Source: Oscillospiraceae bacterium (lineage in GTDB: Bacteria; Bacillota; Clostridia; Oscillospirales; CAG-382). From it: a DNA stretch of 64,000 nucleotides. The notes under the pieces are model-generated. The model was not told where the DNA came from and searched no databases. It saw only the letters and a list, made by a program, of their open reading frames with translations. A program made the position numbers and the translations under genes. This document shows positions 9,027 to 18,330 of the stretch, piece by piece. The stretch lies in assembly GCA_015065165.1 (NCBI GenBank), contig SVQU01000004.1, positions 26,035-90,034 of the forward strand. The letters run 5' to 3'. Each line of letters opens with the position of its first letter. Within the stretch, counting starts at the first letter, position 1.

Positions 9027-9554
9027 ATGAAAGAAAAAACAAAGAAAATTACCTATGCGGCTCTCGGCGCAGTGCTTCTAACCATCGGTTCGTGGATAAC
9101 CGTTCCCTTTGCCATCCCCTTTACAATGCAAACCTTTGCTTTATTTTTCGTTCTCGGCGCTTTTGGTGGCAAAATCGGGGGTGTTTCGGTTTTCATTCAT
9201 ATTGCCCTCGGTTTGTTGGGCTTGCCCGTGTTTTCGGGCTTTCAATCGGGTATTTCTGCGCTGTTGAGTCCCACGGGTGGTTACGTTATTGGGTTTGCCC
9301 TCGCAGGAGCGCTCTATTTCGCCGTAAATTCGATTTTAAACAAAAACCGCATGTTGGATATTGCTCTGCCGTATATTTGTCTTGGAGCGTGTTATGCGTT
9401 TGGTACGGCGTGGTATATGCTTTTCGTTTCTGCCGAAGGACAAATAGGTCTTGTTTCCGCCCTTTCGGTGTGCGTTTTTCCTTATGTGATTCCTGACATA
9501 ATAAAGGTTACCCTGGCAAGGGTAACCTCTGAAAAATTAAAACGGTTAATTTAA
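9027..9554 (+). CDS. bioY: biotin transporter S-component BioY
   Basis: 175 aa polytopic protein. The signature TVPFAIPFTMQTFALFFVLGAFGG...GLPVFSGFQSG...SPTGGYVIGF matches the BioY family. RBS AAAGGAGGG. Confidence 0.9.
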   Translation: MKEKTKKITYAALGAVLLTIGSWITVPFAIPFTMQTFALFFVLGAFGGKIGGVSVFIHIALGLLGLPVFSGFQSGISALLSPTGGYVIGFALAGALYFAVNSILNKNRMLDIALPYICLGACYAFGTAWYMLFVSAEGQIGLVSALSVCVFPYVIPDIIKVTLARVTSEKLKRLI

Positions 9555-10507
9555 TTATTAAGCTTAACGCTTATCTCACCGCCGTTAAGGGCGATTTCTT
9601 CGCCGTCTTTGGTAATAACCAAAAGACTTCCGTCGTTGGAAATATCCCTTGCCGTAGCGATATAATCTCTGCCGTTTCGGGAAAATTCAACTTCTTTTCC
9701 GATAACTAAAGAATACTTCCTATAGTCGTCCATAAATTTTCGATCTGCAAGACTTTCACAGCCTGTTTTAAGGCGCTTGAATATTTCCGCCGTAAGATAA
9801 CAACGGTTAATGCTTCCCACCGAGCCTGCAATTTCAGAAATTTCTTCGGGGAAAAGGTCGGTGGTTAAATTTATGCCGATTCCTACGATAACAGCCTCAA
9901 CACGGTTTGCCTCAAAATCCGAAACCGCCTCGGTAAGTATACCGCAAACCTTTTTGTTATCAATAAAAATATCATTCACCCATTTAATCTTCGGGTGTTT
10001 TTTTGTTATCTCCGAAATAACGTCTGCTACAACCACCGCCGTTAAGGCTGTAATCCCCACCGAATCACTTAAAGATACGTCGGGATGTAATACTGCGGTG
10101 AAATACAAACCGCTTTTCTCGGGGGAATAAAAGCTTCTTCCGCGCCTGCCTCTGCCCGAGCTTTGTTGGTCGGCAACAAAGATGCCGTCCTTTGTCATAC
10201 CTTCGGCAATGGCGCGCTTTGCTTCGTTGTTGGTAGAATCAATAGTTTTAAAGGTTTTAATTTCAAGGTCAACGCTGTCGTTCAAAAATGCTCTTATGCC
10301 AAATTCCGAAAGAATATCGCTGTTTTCCAAAAGTCGGTGCCCCGAATTATTAACCGATTCTATCAAAAATCCTTCGTTTTTCAGAGAATGAATGGCTTTC
10401 GAAACCGCATTTCTCGAAACACCTGCCGATTTTGCAATTTCCTGTCCCGAAATAAAGCTTCCGCGTTTTTTCTCCAACTGATAAATAATGTTGTCTCTAA
10501 GTGTCAT
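9551..10507 (-). CDS. birA: bifunctional biotin-[acetyl-CoA-carboxylase] ligase / transcriptional repressor BirA
   Basis: N-terminal wHTH (ISGQEIAKSAGVSRNAVSKAIHSLK) plus the motifs QQSSGRGRRGRSF and KWVNDI. Confidence 0.92.
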   Translation of the reverse strand: MTLRDNIIYQLEKKRGSFISGQEIAKSAGVSRNAVSKAIHSLKNEGFLIESVNNSGHRLLENSDILSEFGIRAFLNDSVDLEIKTFKTIDSTNNEAKRAIAEGMTKDGIFVADQQSSGRGRRGRSFYSPEKSGLYFTAVLHPDVSLSDSVGITALTAVVVADVISEITKKHPKIKWVNDIFIDNKKVCGILTEAVSDFEANRVEAVIVGIGINLTTDLFPEEISEIAGSVGSINRCYLTAEIFKRLKTGCESLADRKFMDDYRKYSLVIGKEVEFSRNGRDYIATARDISNDGSLLVITKDGEEIALNGGEISVKLNN

Positions 10508-10520
10508 TTTTCACCTTTTA

Positions 10521-10556
10521 AAGAAAAAAGCCCCAAACAAAAGGGGGCTTTTTATT
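10521..10556 (-). terminator. hairpin plus U-tract between the 239-aa gene and birA (works on both strands)
   Basis: GCCCC / GGGGC stem (10530-10534 / 10544-10548) flanked by an A-run and a T-run. Confidence 0.55.
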
Positions 10557-11274
10557 AATCGACAATAATTCTTGCCTTGGTTGCGCTGTAATCCGAATTT
10601 TCGATGTCGCGTTCGTCAATGCTGAATTCGCCGACAAAATCTTCGGGCGCGAAGTATTCGAAGGTTTCAACGTAAATTTCGCTTAATCCCTCTGCAAGGA
10701 AACGTTCCTCCATAGAAACCTCTTCGGTTTCGCTGATTTCCGAATTAACAATAGGCTTAAGACCGTTAGTATTGGAATTCGGTGTGGTTTCGGGCTTTAC
10801 GTTGGGGATTTTGCTGTTTTCGGCGTTATTCTTATTAAACGCCTCGTTAAGATAAGCGTTGTAATTCTTTTCGGTAATATAGGTCATTTTGATGCGGTAT
10901 GTGCCGTTTGTCATACCTGCAATTTTATCTTCGGGAACGGAAACCTTCCAATTTTCACCGGGCTGAAGCTCGGCAAAGGTACCGCCGTATTCCGAAGAAA
11001 ATGCGCCTGTATTATATGCGGTGTAGCTGACGTCGCAATATTCAACCCAACCGCTGTCGCTTAAATATTCGATTTTGCCGGCTACCTCTGCGTTTTCATA
11101 AAACAAAAGGGTAGAGCCTGCTGTATTTAGAACCGAAATGGTAACTTCGTTTTTACCGTTGTCGCTTTCGCTGACGATGCTAACCGAGATATCTGCGCTT
11201 TGCCATAAAATAAGCTGAATTGCCAAAACAGAAAAGGCAATCATAACTATAAGCGCAAGGGAAAGAATAAGCAT
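10555..11274 (-). CDS. membrane-anchored hypothetical protein
   Basis: 239 aa with a single N-terminal TM segment (MLILSLALIVMIAFSVLAIQLIL), a beta-rich ectodomain and an acidic C-terminus. I recognised no family motif. Confidence 0.6.
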   Translation of the reverse strand: MLILSLALIVMIAFSVLAIQLILWQSADISVSIVSESDNGKNEVTISVLNTAGSTLLFYENAEVAGKIEYLSDSGWVEYCDVSYTAYNTGAFSSEYGGTFAELQPGENWKVSVPEDKIAGMTNGTYRIKMTYITEKNYNAYLNEAFNKNNAENSKIPNVKPETTPNSNTNGLKPIVNSEISETEEVSMEERFLAEGLSEIYVETFEYFAPEDFVGEFSIDERDIENSDYSATKARIIVD

Positions 11275-11400
11275 CGCTTTTGTCTTTCTGCGTTCTATTA
11301 CTTATCACCTCGAGTATATTATATTCAACCGTCCGAGTTAATTCACCTTAATATACCACTATATTTAGTGTTTGTAAATGGTTCTTTTACACAAAAATTC

Positions 11401-11427
11401 ACCTATTTTCATCCTGTGCATAGAATA
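11401..11427 (+). promoter_or_regulatory. possible mother-cell (sigma-K/sigma-E-like) promoter
   Basis: AC at 11401-11402, a 16-nt spacer, then CATAGAATA at 11419-11427. This fits the B. subtilis sigma-K consensus AC-N16/17-CATAnnnTA. Confidence 0.3.
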
Positions 11428-11484
11428 CTATTGATAATATCGTACAAAAAACGGTGTTATCCAAACAATTAAGGAGGAATTTCA

Positions 11485-12354
11485 ATGGTTGAAAGAAACA
11501 GCCCTTTGGGCGGACTTTGCGGTAACAAATCCGAACAGCTTTGCTGTGTAAGCGTAGATAAAGTTTTTGATTCCGCACGTGATAAAGATTGTCTCGAAGA
11601 CGTTCGTGTTCACCTTTGTGATATGGCGCAGGAAATCATCGATAAAGCCAGCGCCGTGAGATGTAAATGCGTTGAAGTTATAAACACCAATATCAATATC
11701 GAGCCTGTGCCCTTTAACAAAGGCTTCTATCAGGTAACTATCCGTTATTATTTCTGTATAACTCTGGAAGCATGCGTATGCGGCGGCAGAGTTCAAGAGG
11801 TTAAAGGTCTTGCTGCGTTTGACAAAAAAATTATTTTGTACGGCAGCGAAAAGAACGTTTCGGTGTTCACCTCTGACCCCGAGAAAAACAGCTTCTGCTT
11901 TGACGAGCAGGACCTTCGCTGCAACAGCGAGTCCACTTTGCCTACCGTTGTGGTAGAGGTGGCTTCTCCCATCTGTCTCGACAGCAAAATCGTAGAGCGT
12001 TGCCGCAAATTCGGTAACTGCTGTATGTGTATCGATGCAATTCCCGAAAAAATCCGCGCAAGATTCGACGGCAACTTTGTGGACGATGTAGGCGTTAACA
12101 ACGTTTACGTTACCATCGGTGTGTTCTCGGTTATCCGTATGGAACGCCGTGTTCAGCTTATGCTTCCCGTGGCTAACTTCTGTTTCCCCGAAAAGGACAG
12201 TAAGCCCTGCGGTAACGATGATCCCTGCTCTATCTTCGGCAAAATGCAGTTCCCTGTATCCGAATTTTATCCCTATGCCGACGACCGCTGTGATAACAAA
12301 TATGATAACTGTCAGCAGAATAACCGCAATTGCTGCGAAAAAAATTGTAAATAA
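11485..12354 (+). CDS. cysteine-rich protein (about 25 Cys in 289 aa), possible spore coat/exosporium component
   Basis: Strong RBS AAGGAGG 8 nt upstream and its own terminator. CC/CxC clusters (QLCCVSVDKVFDS, RCKCVEV, GNCCMCID, NCCEKNCK). The function is an inference. Confidence 0.7.
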   Translation: MVERNSPLGGLCGNKSEQLCCVSVDKVFDSARDKDCLEDVRVHLCDMAQEIIDKASAVRCKCVEVINTNINIEPVPFNKGFYQVTIRYYFCITLEACVCGGRVQEVKGLAAFDKKIILYGSEKNVSVFTSDPEKNSFCFDEQDLRCNSESTLPTVVVEVASPICLDSKIVERCRKFGNCCMCIDAIPEKIRARFDGNFVDDVGVNNVYVTIGVFSVIRMERRVQLMLPVANFCFPEKDSKPCGNDDPCSIFGKMQFPVSEFYPYADDRCDNKYDNCQQNNRNCCEKNCK

Positions 12355-12369
12355 CGTTGAAAACACAAC

Positions 12370-12395
12370 GAGGGAGGAAACTCCCTCTTTTTTTA
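12370..12395 (+). terminator. rho-independent terminator
   Basis: GAGGGAG-GAAA-CTCCCTC followed by TTTTTTTATTTT. Confidence 0.8.
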
Positions 12396-12416
12396 TTTTA
12401 AAATTTTAAATATCTG

Positions 12417-12445
12417 TTGAACCGTATATATATTTATGCTATAAT
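12417..12445 (+). promoter_or_regulatory. sigma-A-type promoter
   Basis: TTGAAC (12417-12422), a 17-bp spacer, then TGcTATAAT with the hexamer at 12440-12445. Confidence 0.55.
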
Positions 12446-12500
12446 GTGCAAAACGTATGAATCAACGTAAAAAATAAAAAAACAGAGGTGTTTTTAAATT

Positions 12501-13331
12501 ATGGAAAATATCGAGGTTGTTCATCAGTATGCACATATGCAAGGCTTTTCAAGCAGCAAAGAAAATATGTATTGGTCTTTCACTACGGCTCTTGCAAAAA
12601 CAACGCTTACGGGCACAATGAAGGCTCAGGTTGAGGTTCACGGCGGACACCTTGGCGATTGTGATTATCACAACGGTAAAATTTACGCATCCTACCTTGG
12701 AAACGCTCTTCCCGGCCACGATTGGAACGATTGGACAAGCTTCAAGCTTTACGTGTTCGATGCAGAGGATTTGAGGGTTCTCGATATAATCAACCTTGAT
12801 ATCTGCGATGAATATAAGCGCATCACCTGCACTCCCGAGGATACCCGCGGCTTCCAAGCGGTGGACGGCGTTACAATTGCCCCCGACCCTGTTTCGGGCG
12901 AAGACAGAATTTTTGTTGCCTGCGCTCTTTATAACGGCGAAAAGTATTCAAACCAAATTATTCTTCAGTTTACTATGGACGGTAAGTATGAGACCGAATA
13001 TCACATCCCTACGGGAAATACGGTTTTCGGCATACAAAACCTCGATTACGATTGGGAAAACAAAGAATTTTGGTTTACTACCTACGGCGCGTCCGAACCC
13101 TATCAGGCAAAAGAAATGCTGTTTTGCGTTTCCCACGATTTCAAGGAAATCAAGCGTAAATATCATTTTGCTACTCCTTACGGTCTTGACTGCCTTGGTA
13201 AGGAAGGCTTTTGGGCATCCTGCCACACCGGTGTAAGGTTCGATTGCGGCGGTGTTGCCTACCGTTGTACAGAGGATTTGTTCGAAACTCCTATGAACCA
13301 AAACCAAATAAAAGAAATGCTCGGCAAATAA
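12501..13331 (+). CDS. hypothetical protein (276 aa, cytoplasmic, Trp/Tyr/Cys-rich)
   Basis: Long ORF with ordinary codon usage, a promoter upstream and a terminator downstream. I recognised no family motif. Confidence 0.65.
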   Translation: MENIEVVHQYAHMQGFSSSKENMYWSFTTALAKTTLTGTMKAQVEVHGGHLGDCDYHNGKIYASYLGNALPGHDWNDWTSFKLYVFDAEDLRVLDIINLDICDEYKRITCTPEDTRGFQAVDGVTIAPDPVSGEDRIFVACALYNGEKYSNQIILQFTMDGKYETEYHIPTGNTVFGIQNLDYDWENKEFWFTTYGASEPYQAKEMLFCVSHDFKEIKRKYHFATPYGLDCLGKEGFWASCHTGVRFDCGGVAYRCTEDLFETPMNQNQIKEMLGK

Positions 13332-13360
13332 TTCCTAATATAAATCATAATATAAAACCA

Positions 13361-13396
13361 AAACCCTGCGGAGAATATGTTTCCGCAGGGTTTTCT
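13361..13396. terminator. bidirectional terminator between convergent genes
   Basis: 12-bp stem AAACCCTGCGGA / TCCGCAGGGTTT with an A-run on the 5' side and a T-run on the 3' side. Confidence 0.8.
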
Positions 13397-13407
13397 GTAG
13401 TTAAAAA

Positions 13408-16164
13408 CTAGTTATTCGCTTGCTCGTCAGTATCCGTAACTTCGGTTTCGGATTCTGAAATCTCTGAAGCTTCAACTGCTTTGGTTTGGCAAGCAACGGG
13501 CATATCAAATCCCGCACCGCAATCGTCGTAATCGTCAAAGCTGAAGAAATCGCATCTTGCTTTGTGCTTCTTGTATTTGAATACAAAGAACATATAGCCG
13601 ATGAAAATCACAAGCGCGCCCAAAGACCACCAAAGACCGCCGGGCATACTAAATTGAGTTTCGCCAACGGTAAGCTCGCAGGGAACTCTAAAGCCGGGTG
13701 TGCTGTAATCGAATACAATCTCGTTTTCGCCTGCTTCACATTCAACTGCCACAAAGCCGAAGGTTACCTTCAAAACCTCGGTTTCCTTGCCGTTAACGGT
13801 TGCACTCCAGCCGTTTGTTTCATAGGGAACGCTGAAATATACAACGTTGGGGCTGTCGAGGGTGATTTTTGCATCGAAGCCTTGGCTTGTATAGTTGAAA
13901 TCGCTGCAACACATAGACTTGCGATCGTCTACCGATTTTTCAAACATAGCCTTTGTGGTTGCCGCGCCGTCGGTAACGCGTGTCATAAACTGAGAATAAT
14001 AATCCGCCTTATCGTCGGGAACAACAAGATATTTACACAAAACAATGTGTCTGTCTTCTTCTTTATAGCACTTTTCAAAATCGGTTTCTGTCATAAATTC
14101 GGTATAAACGAAGCCCATAGGTATATAATTGGTGTTTTCGTATATATCAAATCCGTTCTGAGAATCGATTTTTTCGAAGCCGTAGGTGTTGTGAGCCTCG
14201 GTATACTTGGTAACCTTTGAGGTTTTTCCTGTTTCAGGGTCGGTTGAGTTAACCGTTGTCTTAACCTGATTCTTGTTGGTGGGTATAACGGAATACTTAA
14301 CCGAAGTAAACGCGCGCAATCCGTATACCTCGCTCAAAACTCTCGAAGCAACGTTTCTCGTGATGCCCAAGTGAGGATAAAATTCCATAATGGACGGAGG
14401 AACAACGGTGTGGAAGTTTTGAATAGTGGGATAATCCCAAGAAATACCAAGGTTGTCCACGGTGGATTTGCTGTTGGACTTATACTGGTCGATTCGGTAA
14501 AATTCTTCGTGAGGGTCGGGCAGCTCAATTCTGCCTTCGATAACCTGGTCAACCAAAAATTTACTGTCGTCGCCGTATTGCTTACCGTTGGAGATGTGGA
14601 TGCAGGCATAGAGAATAATCATACCCGAAACACCCAAAAGAATTGCTTTTTCGAACACCTTTGTGCCGCGGTATTTGCGAATCAAGTATGCGGTAAGCAT
14701 AATGCCAAGGAACGCAAGCGCAACGTAAATCCAGAATCTTAATCTATAAGGGGGATAACCCAATTCCAATACCTCTGACCAATTCAGAGTATCCTTCTTT
14801 TCAATCAATTCGGATAAATCTACGTTTTCGTGCCAAACCAAGCCCAAAGGAACTGCCACAACGGTACAGAAGAAGGTCATTAACGCCGTGGGTATCTTCC
14901 AATTCGACCGTGTGTCCTCAAGCATAACCGTAGTCGCCAAGGAGAACATCAAAATCATCATATACAACCATCTTGCATAATAGGATGAATTGAAGAGGAA
15001 GAACATGCTGTTTAAAATCGGAACGAATGAAGAAAGTATTAATATACCGATTAATACCTTAAGCCAGGTGCGTTTCTTAACCGTGAACAACGAGAACACA
15101 CCCGCCATGCCAAACATGGGAAGATACATAGAAATAGATGCCCAGCGTGTTGCATGTCCGTCGAAGAAGTTCACGCGGGAAGGAATATCGGGCGGGAAGA
15201 AGTAGGATTCAAAAATCTGTCCGTAGCGCTGCCAATAATAATTACTGCCGCTTCTCCAAACAAACAAGCTTCTGATAGACTTAAAGGCTTGGTCTTTTTC
15301 GCCTGCAGCGCGCTGTTCAAAATAATCGCTAAGGGTAGATAAATAAGACCTTTCGATACGTGAGTTGCCCATCAAAGCCGTAGCGGCGGGTAAGAAAATA
15401 AACCACGCCATAACAAAGCCGATAACAGCCTCGAAGGCTAAGCCTGCAAACTTCTTCAAATCGATTCTAAAGGATTTACAGCAAATTCTTGCAAAGAAGT
15501 AAATAACGCAGAATACCACCTGACCTGCAAACATAAAATAGTTTATCATTGCGTTAAGGGTAACTGCAATTGCAAACAAACCTCTTCTGTCGTTCTGAAC
15601 GTATTCTTCAATACCTATAAGCAGCAAGGGGAAGAATGCAACAACGTCGTGGAACTGGTTGAAAAAGGTGTTGTAAATCTGGAAACCCGAGAAAGAATAA
15701 AGCAAGGCGCCGATAACGGCGTAATTCTTGTTCTTTACAAAGCGTTGCAAATAAGCATACGCCAAAACTGCGGCAACCATATATTTTACCATATACATAG
15801 GAGCCATCAAATAAGGTATCCAGGTAGAGGGGAAAAGACACATTATCCAGAAAAAGGGGCTTCCCAGCATATAATAGGAATAGCTTCCCACAAAGTTCGA
15901 GCCCATATCGGTAACCCAGTCCCAACCGAAGTTACCGTCGTGTACCATAGCTACACAGTGCTCGTAGAAAGGAATCTGCTGTCCGTTATAGTCGCCGTAG
16001 TATAAGAATATAGCAGATCCTGTCTTGATCCATTCCACGATAATAAAGGGAATGGTAATACAAGCCGAAACCACGAAAGACCACAAAAGAACCTTTCTGT
16101 AAAAGTACCAAGGGCTTTCTTTGTCAAATTTGAATTTATTTCTCAAAATTCTGATTGCATCCAA
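13408..16164 (-). CDS. YfhO-family polytopic membrane protein (envelope polymer glycosylation family)
   Basis: 918 aa with many TM segments. The N-terminal signature YYGDYNGQQIPFYEHCVAMVHDGNFGWDWVTDMGSNFVGSYSYYMLGSPFFW is typical of YfhO. Confidence 0.8.
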   Translation of the reverse strand: MDAIRILRNKFKFDKESPWYFYRKVLLWSFVVSACITIPFIIVEWIKTGSAIFLYYGDYNGQQIPFYEHCVAMVHDGNFGWDWVTDMGSNFVGSYSYYMLGSPFFWIMCLFPSTWIPYLMAPMYMVKYMVAAVLAYAYLQRFVKNKNYAVIGALLYSFSGFQIYNTFFNQFHDVVAFFPLLLIGIEEYVQNDRRGLFAIAVTLNAMINYFMFAGQVVFCVIYFFARICCKSFRIDLKKFAGLAFEAVIGFVMAWFIFLPAATALMGNSRIERSYLSTLSDYFEQRAAGEKDQAFKSIRSLFVWRSGSNYYWQRYGQIFESYFFPPDIPSRVNFFDGHATRWASISMYLPMFGMAGVFSLFTVKKRTWLKVLIGILILSSFVPILNSMFFLFNSSYYARWLYMMILMFSLATTVMLEDTRSNWKIPTALMTFFCTVVAVPLGLVWHENVDLSELIEKKDTLNWSEVLELGYPPYRLRFWIYVALAFLGIMLTAYLIRKYRGTKVFEKAILLGVSGMIILYACIHISNGKQYGDDSKFLVDQVIEGRIELPDPHEEFYRIDQYKSNSKSTVDNLGISWDYPTIQNFHTVVPPSIMEFYPHLGITRNVASRVLSEVYGLRAFTSVKYSVIPTNKNQVKTTVNSTDPETGKTSKVTKYTEAHNTYGFEKIDSQNGFDIYENTNYIPMGFVYTEFMTETDFEKCYKEEDRHIVLCKYLVVPDDKADYYSQFMTRVTDGAATTKAMFEKSVDDRKSMCCSDFNYTSQGFDAKITLDSPNVVYFSVPYETNGWSATVNGKETEVLKVTFGFVAVECEAGENEIVFDYSTPGFRVPCELTVGETQFSMPGGLWWSLGALVIFIGYMFFVFKYKKHKARCDFFSFDDYDDCGAGFDMPVACQTKAVEASEISESETEVTDTDEQANN

Positions 16165-16249
16165 TAGAAGTTCACCTCACGGATAAATTTATCTAACCTA
16201 TATTATACGATTTTTTCTGCTTAAAGTCAATAACAAATCCTTTAATATA

Positions 16250-16286
16250 AAATAAAAACAGACTTATCTTTTGGAAAAGTCTGTTT
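16250..16286 (-). terminator. rho-independent terminator of the Na/Pi cotransporter gene
   Basis: On the minus strand, AACAGACTT ... AAGTCTGTT followed by TTTTATTTT. Confidence 0.75.
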
Positions 16287-16298
16287 TATTTTTACTAA

Positions 16299-18056
16299 TT
16301 AAGCCAAAGCATATTTGGTTTTGTATTCTTCATATTCTCTGCGGAATCTTTCGTCGTTACCACTTTTAATATCGTTAAGATATTTGTGAGTATCAAAGGC
16401 GCCCTCGGCAACCTCGATAATTGTAACGGCGATGTTCGAGCAGTGGTCGGAAATTCTTTCCATACCGTTTATAAGGTCGGAAAGAATAAAGCCCAATTCG
16501 ATGGTGCAGGTACCTGCCTGAAGCCTTAAAATATGGTTTGCGCGCATCTGAATTGCCAAGCCGTCGATAACCTGCTCTAAAGGCTCGACCTTTCTTGCCA
16601 AATCGGTGTCGCCTGTTTCAAATGCGGTAAAGGTGATGTTGATAATTTCGCGCAACGCGCCTTCAAGCACAGCAACCTCTTTTTGTGCTTCTGCCGAGAA
16701 GCTAAGCTTCTTGTCGTGAAGTTCTTCGGCGGTCTTGACAATTTCAACCGCGTGGTCGCTTATTCTTTCAAAGTTGCCGATGGAGTGAAGCATTGTAGAA
16801 ACGCTTTGCGAGTCTTTTTCGTTAATTCCCGCGCCGGAAAGCTTAACAAGATAAGTGCCCAATTCGTCCTCGTATCTGTCAACCACGCCTTCGGCTTCTT
16901 CAACCTGCACTGCGAGCTCCTTGTTATAGCTGTCAAGCACGTCAAGAGATTGAATAAGAGCATCCTTGGCGAGAGAACTCATTTTAATGGTAAGGTTGTT
17001 GCAGTGTGCAACTGCCATGGAAGGTGTGTCCAACAAGCGGGTGTCCAACAGGATTTCATTTTCTTGTTCTTCTTTGTTATCGGTAACAATTTTGTTGGCG
17101 AGGGTAACAAGCGTATTCGAAAAGGGAAGAAGTACAACCGTTGTTGCGAGGTTAAACAGCATATGGCAAAGAGCGATACCAACGGGGTTTATCGTATTTG
17201 CCAGGATAGAAAAGTGCAAAAATGCATTTAAACCGTAGAATACGATTAAGAATATAACCGTACCGATGATGTTAAACAAAATATGTACCGCGGCAACGCG
17301 CTTTGCATTTCTGTTAACGCCAAAACTGGAAATAACCGCAGTTACGCAGGTACCGATGTTCTGACCCATAATAATAGGCAACGCCATACCGTAGGTAAGA
17401 CCGCCCGAGAGGGATATACCCTGCAAAATACTAACCGAAGCCGCCGAGCTTTGGATAATACCTGTGAAGATAGCGCCAACCGCAACACCTAAAATGGGGT
17501 TGTTAAAGGCGGTGAGCATAGATTTGAACTGCTCGTTTTCTTCAAGACCGCTAACCGAATCGCCCATAAGGCCCATACCGCACATAAGTATGGCAAAACC
17601 TACCAGAATGTTACCGATATCTTGCTTTTTCTTGTTTTTGCCCATAACAAGCAAAACGCCAACCAAAGCGAAAATAAGCGAAAAGTTTGCAGGCTTAAGC
17701 AAATCGGTAAAGCTAAAACCGCTTCCGCTGCTTTCGATACCGATAAGAGAGGTAAGCCAAGCGGTAAGGGTTGTACCTATGTTGGAGCCCATAATAAGCC
17801 CAACGGTTTGGTTAAGACTCATAATTCCCGAGTTAACCAAGCCAACCAGCATAACCGTCATTGCCGAGGAGGATTGGATAGCAATGGTAATACCCGCGCC
17901 AAGAGCCAAGCTCTTAAAGGGGTTGGAGGTCATCTTCTTAAGTGTTGACTCCAATTTGCCGCCCGACATTTTTTCCAAACCGTTAGACATAATCGTCATA
18001 CCGTAAAGGAAAAATGCGACGCCGCCGATTAGGGTGATGATTTCAATAATACCCAT
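16299..18056 (-). CDS. Na/Pi cotransporter family protein with C-terminal PhoU-like repeats
   Basis: 585 aa. The signature GLEKMSGGKLESTLKKMTSNPFKSLALGAGITIAIQSSSAMTVMLVG plus a soluble helical C-terminal half (ERISDH motif present twice). Confidence 0.9.
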   Translation of the reverse strand: MGIIEIITLIGGVAFFLYGMTIMSNGLEKMSGGKLESTLKKMTSNPFKSLALGAGITIAIQSSSAMTVMLVGLVNSGIMSLNQTVGLIMGSNIGTTLTAWLTSLIGIESSGSGFSFTDLLKPANFSLIFALVGVLLVMGKNKKKQDIGNILVGFAILMCGMGLMGDSVSGLEENEQFKSMLTAFNNPILGVAVGAIFTGIIQSSAASVSILQGISLSGGLTYGMALPIIMGQNIGTCVTAVISSFGVNRNAKRVAAVHILFNIIGTVIFLIVFYGLNAFLHFSILANTINPVGIALCHMLFNLATTVVLLPFSNTLVTLANKIVTDNKEEQENEILLDTRLLDTPSMAVAHCNNLTIKMSSLAKDALIQSLDVLDSYNKELAVQVEEAEGVVDRYEDELGTYLVKLSGAGINEKDSQSVSTMLHSIGNFERISDHAVEIVKTAEELHDKKLSFSAEAQKEVAVLEGALREIINITFTAFETGDTDLARKVEPLEQVIDGLAIQMRANHILRLQAGTCTIELGFILSDLINGMERISDHCSNIAVTIIEVAEGAFDTHKYLNDIKSGNDERFRREYEEYKTKYALA

Positions 18057-18200
18057 CGAAAAAAATTTCTCCTGTCTGTCATCTCGCTTCTTAATTTCTT
18101 CAAAGCGGGTTTAACGGCCGGCAGAAGACTGCTTCGGCTGTGGGATGATAATCGCAAACCGGAATACTTTCGTCGTTTTTTGCGATTTCCCTCGAAAATA

Positions 18201-18229
18201 ATACTATCATAGATGTTGTCAACTGTCAA
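18201..18229 (-). promoter_or_regulatory. sigma-A-type promoter of the Na/Pi cotransporter gene
   Basis: On the minus strand, TTGACA (18229-18224), a 17-bp spacer, then TAGTAT (18206-18201). This leaves a leader of about 140 nt. Confidence 0.5.
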
Positions 18230-18291
18230 TCAATATTTTTGCACAAATTATTTTCGCTGCCAAGCGTTAGCAAGTGGAAATTCACAAAACC

Positions 18292-18322
18292 AAAAAGGAA
18301 AAGACGGTAAAACCGTCTTTTC
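18292..18322 (-). terminator. rho-independent terminator of the ABC fusion gene
   Basis: On the minus strand, GAAAAGACGG-TTTTA-CCGTCTTTTC followed by CTTTTT. Confidence 0.8.
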
Positions 18323-18330
18323 TAAAATGC

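Noticed and set aside
8948-9496. 182-aa ORF overlapping bioY in another frame
   Set aside because: - The bioY frame gives a textbook BioY sequence with a strong RBS.
- The alternative frame gives an Arg/Cys-rich nonsense-like product.
11482-12366. 294-aa ORF fully antisense to the cysteine-rich gene
   Set aside because: - The plus-strand ORF has a strong RBS (AAGGAGG), a terminator and a plausible promoter.
- The minus-strand ORF has none of these, and its product has shadow-ORF-like composition.
- It is still notable that both strands stay open for ~880 nt.
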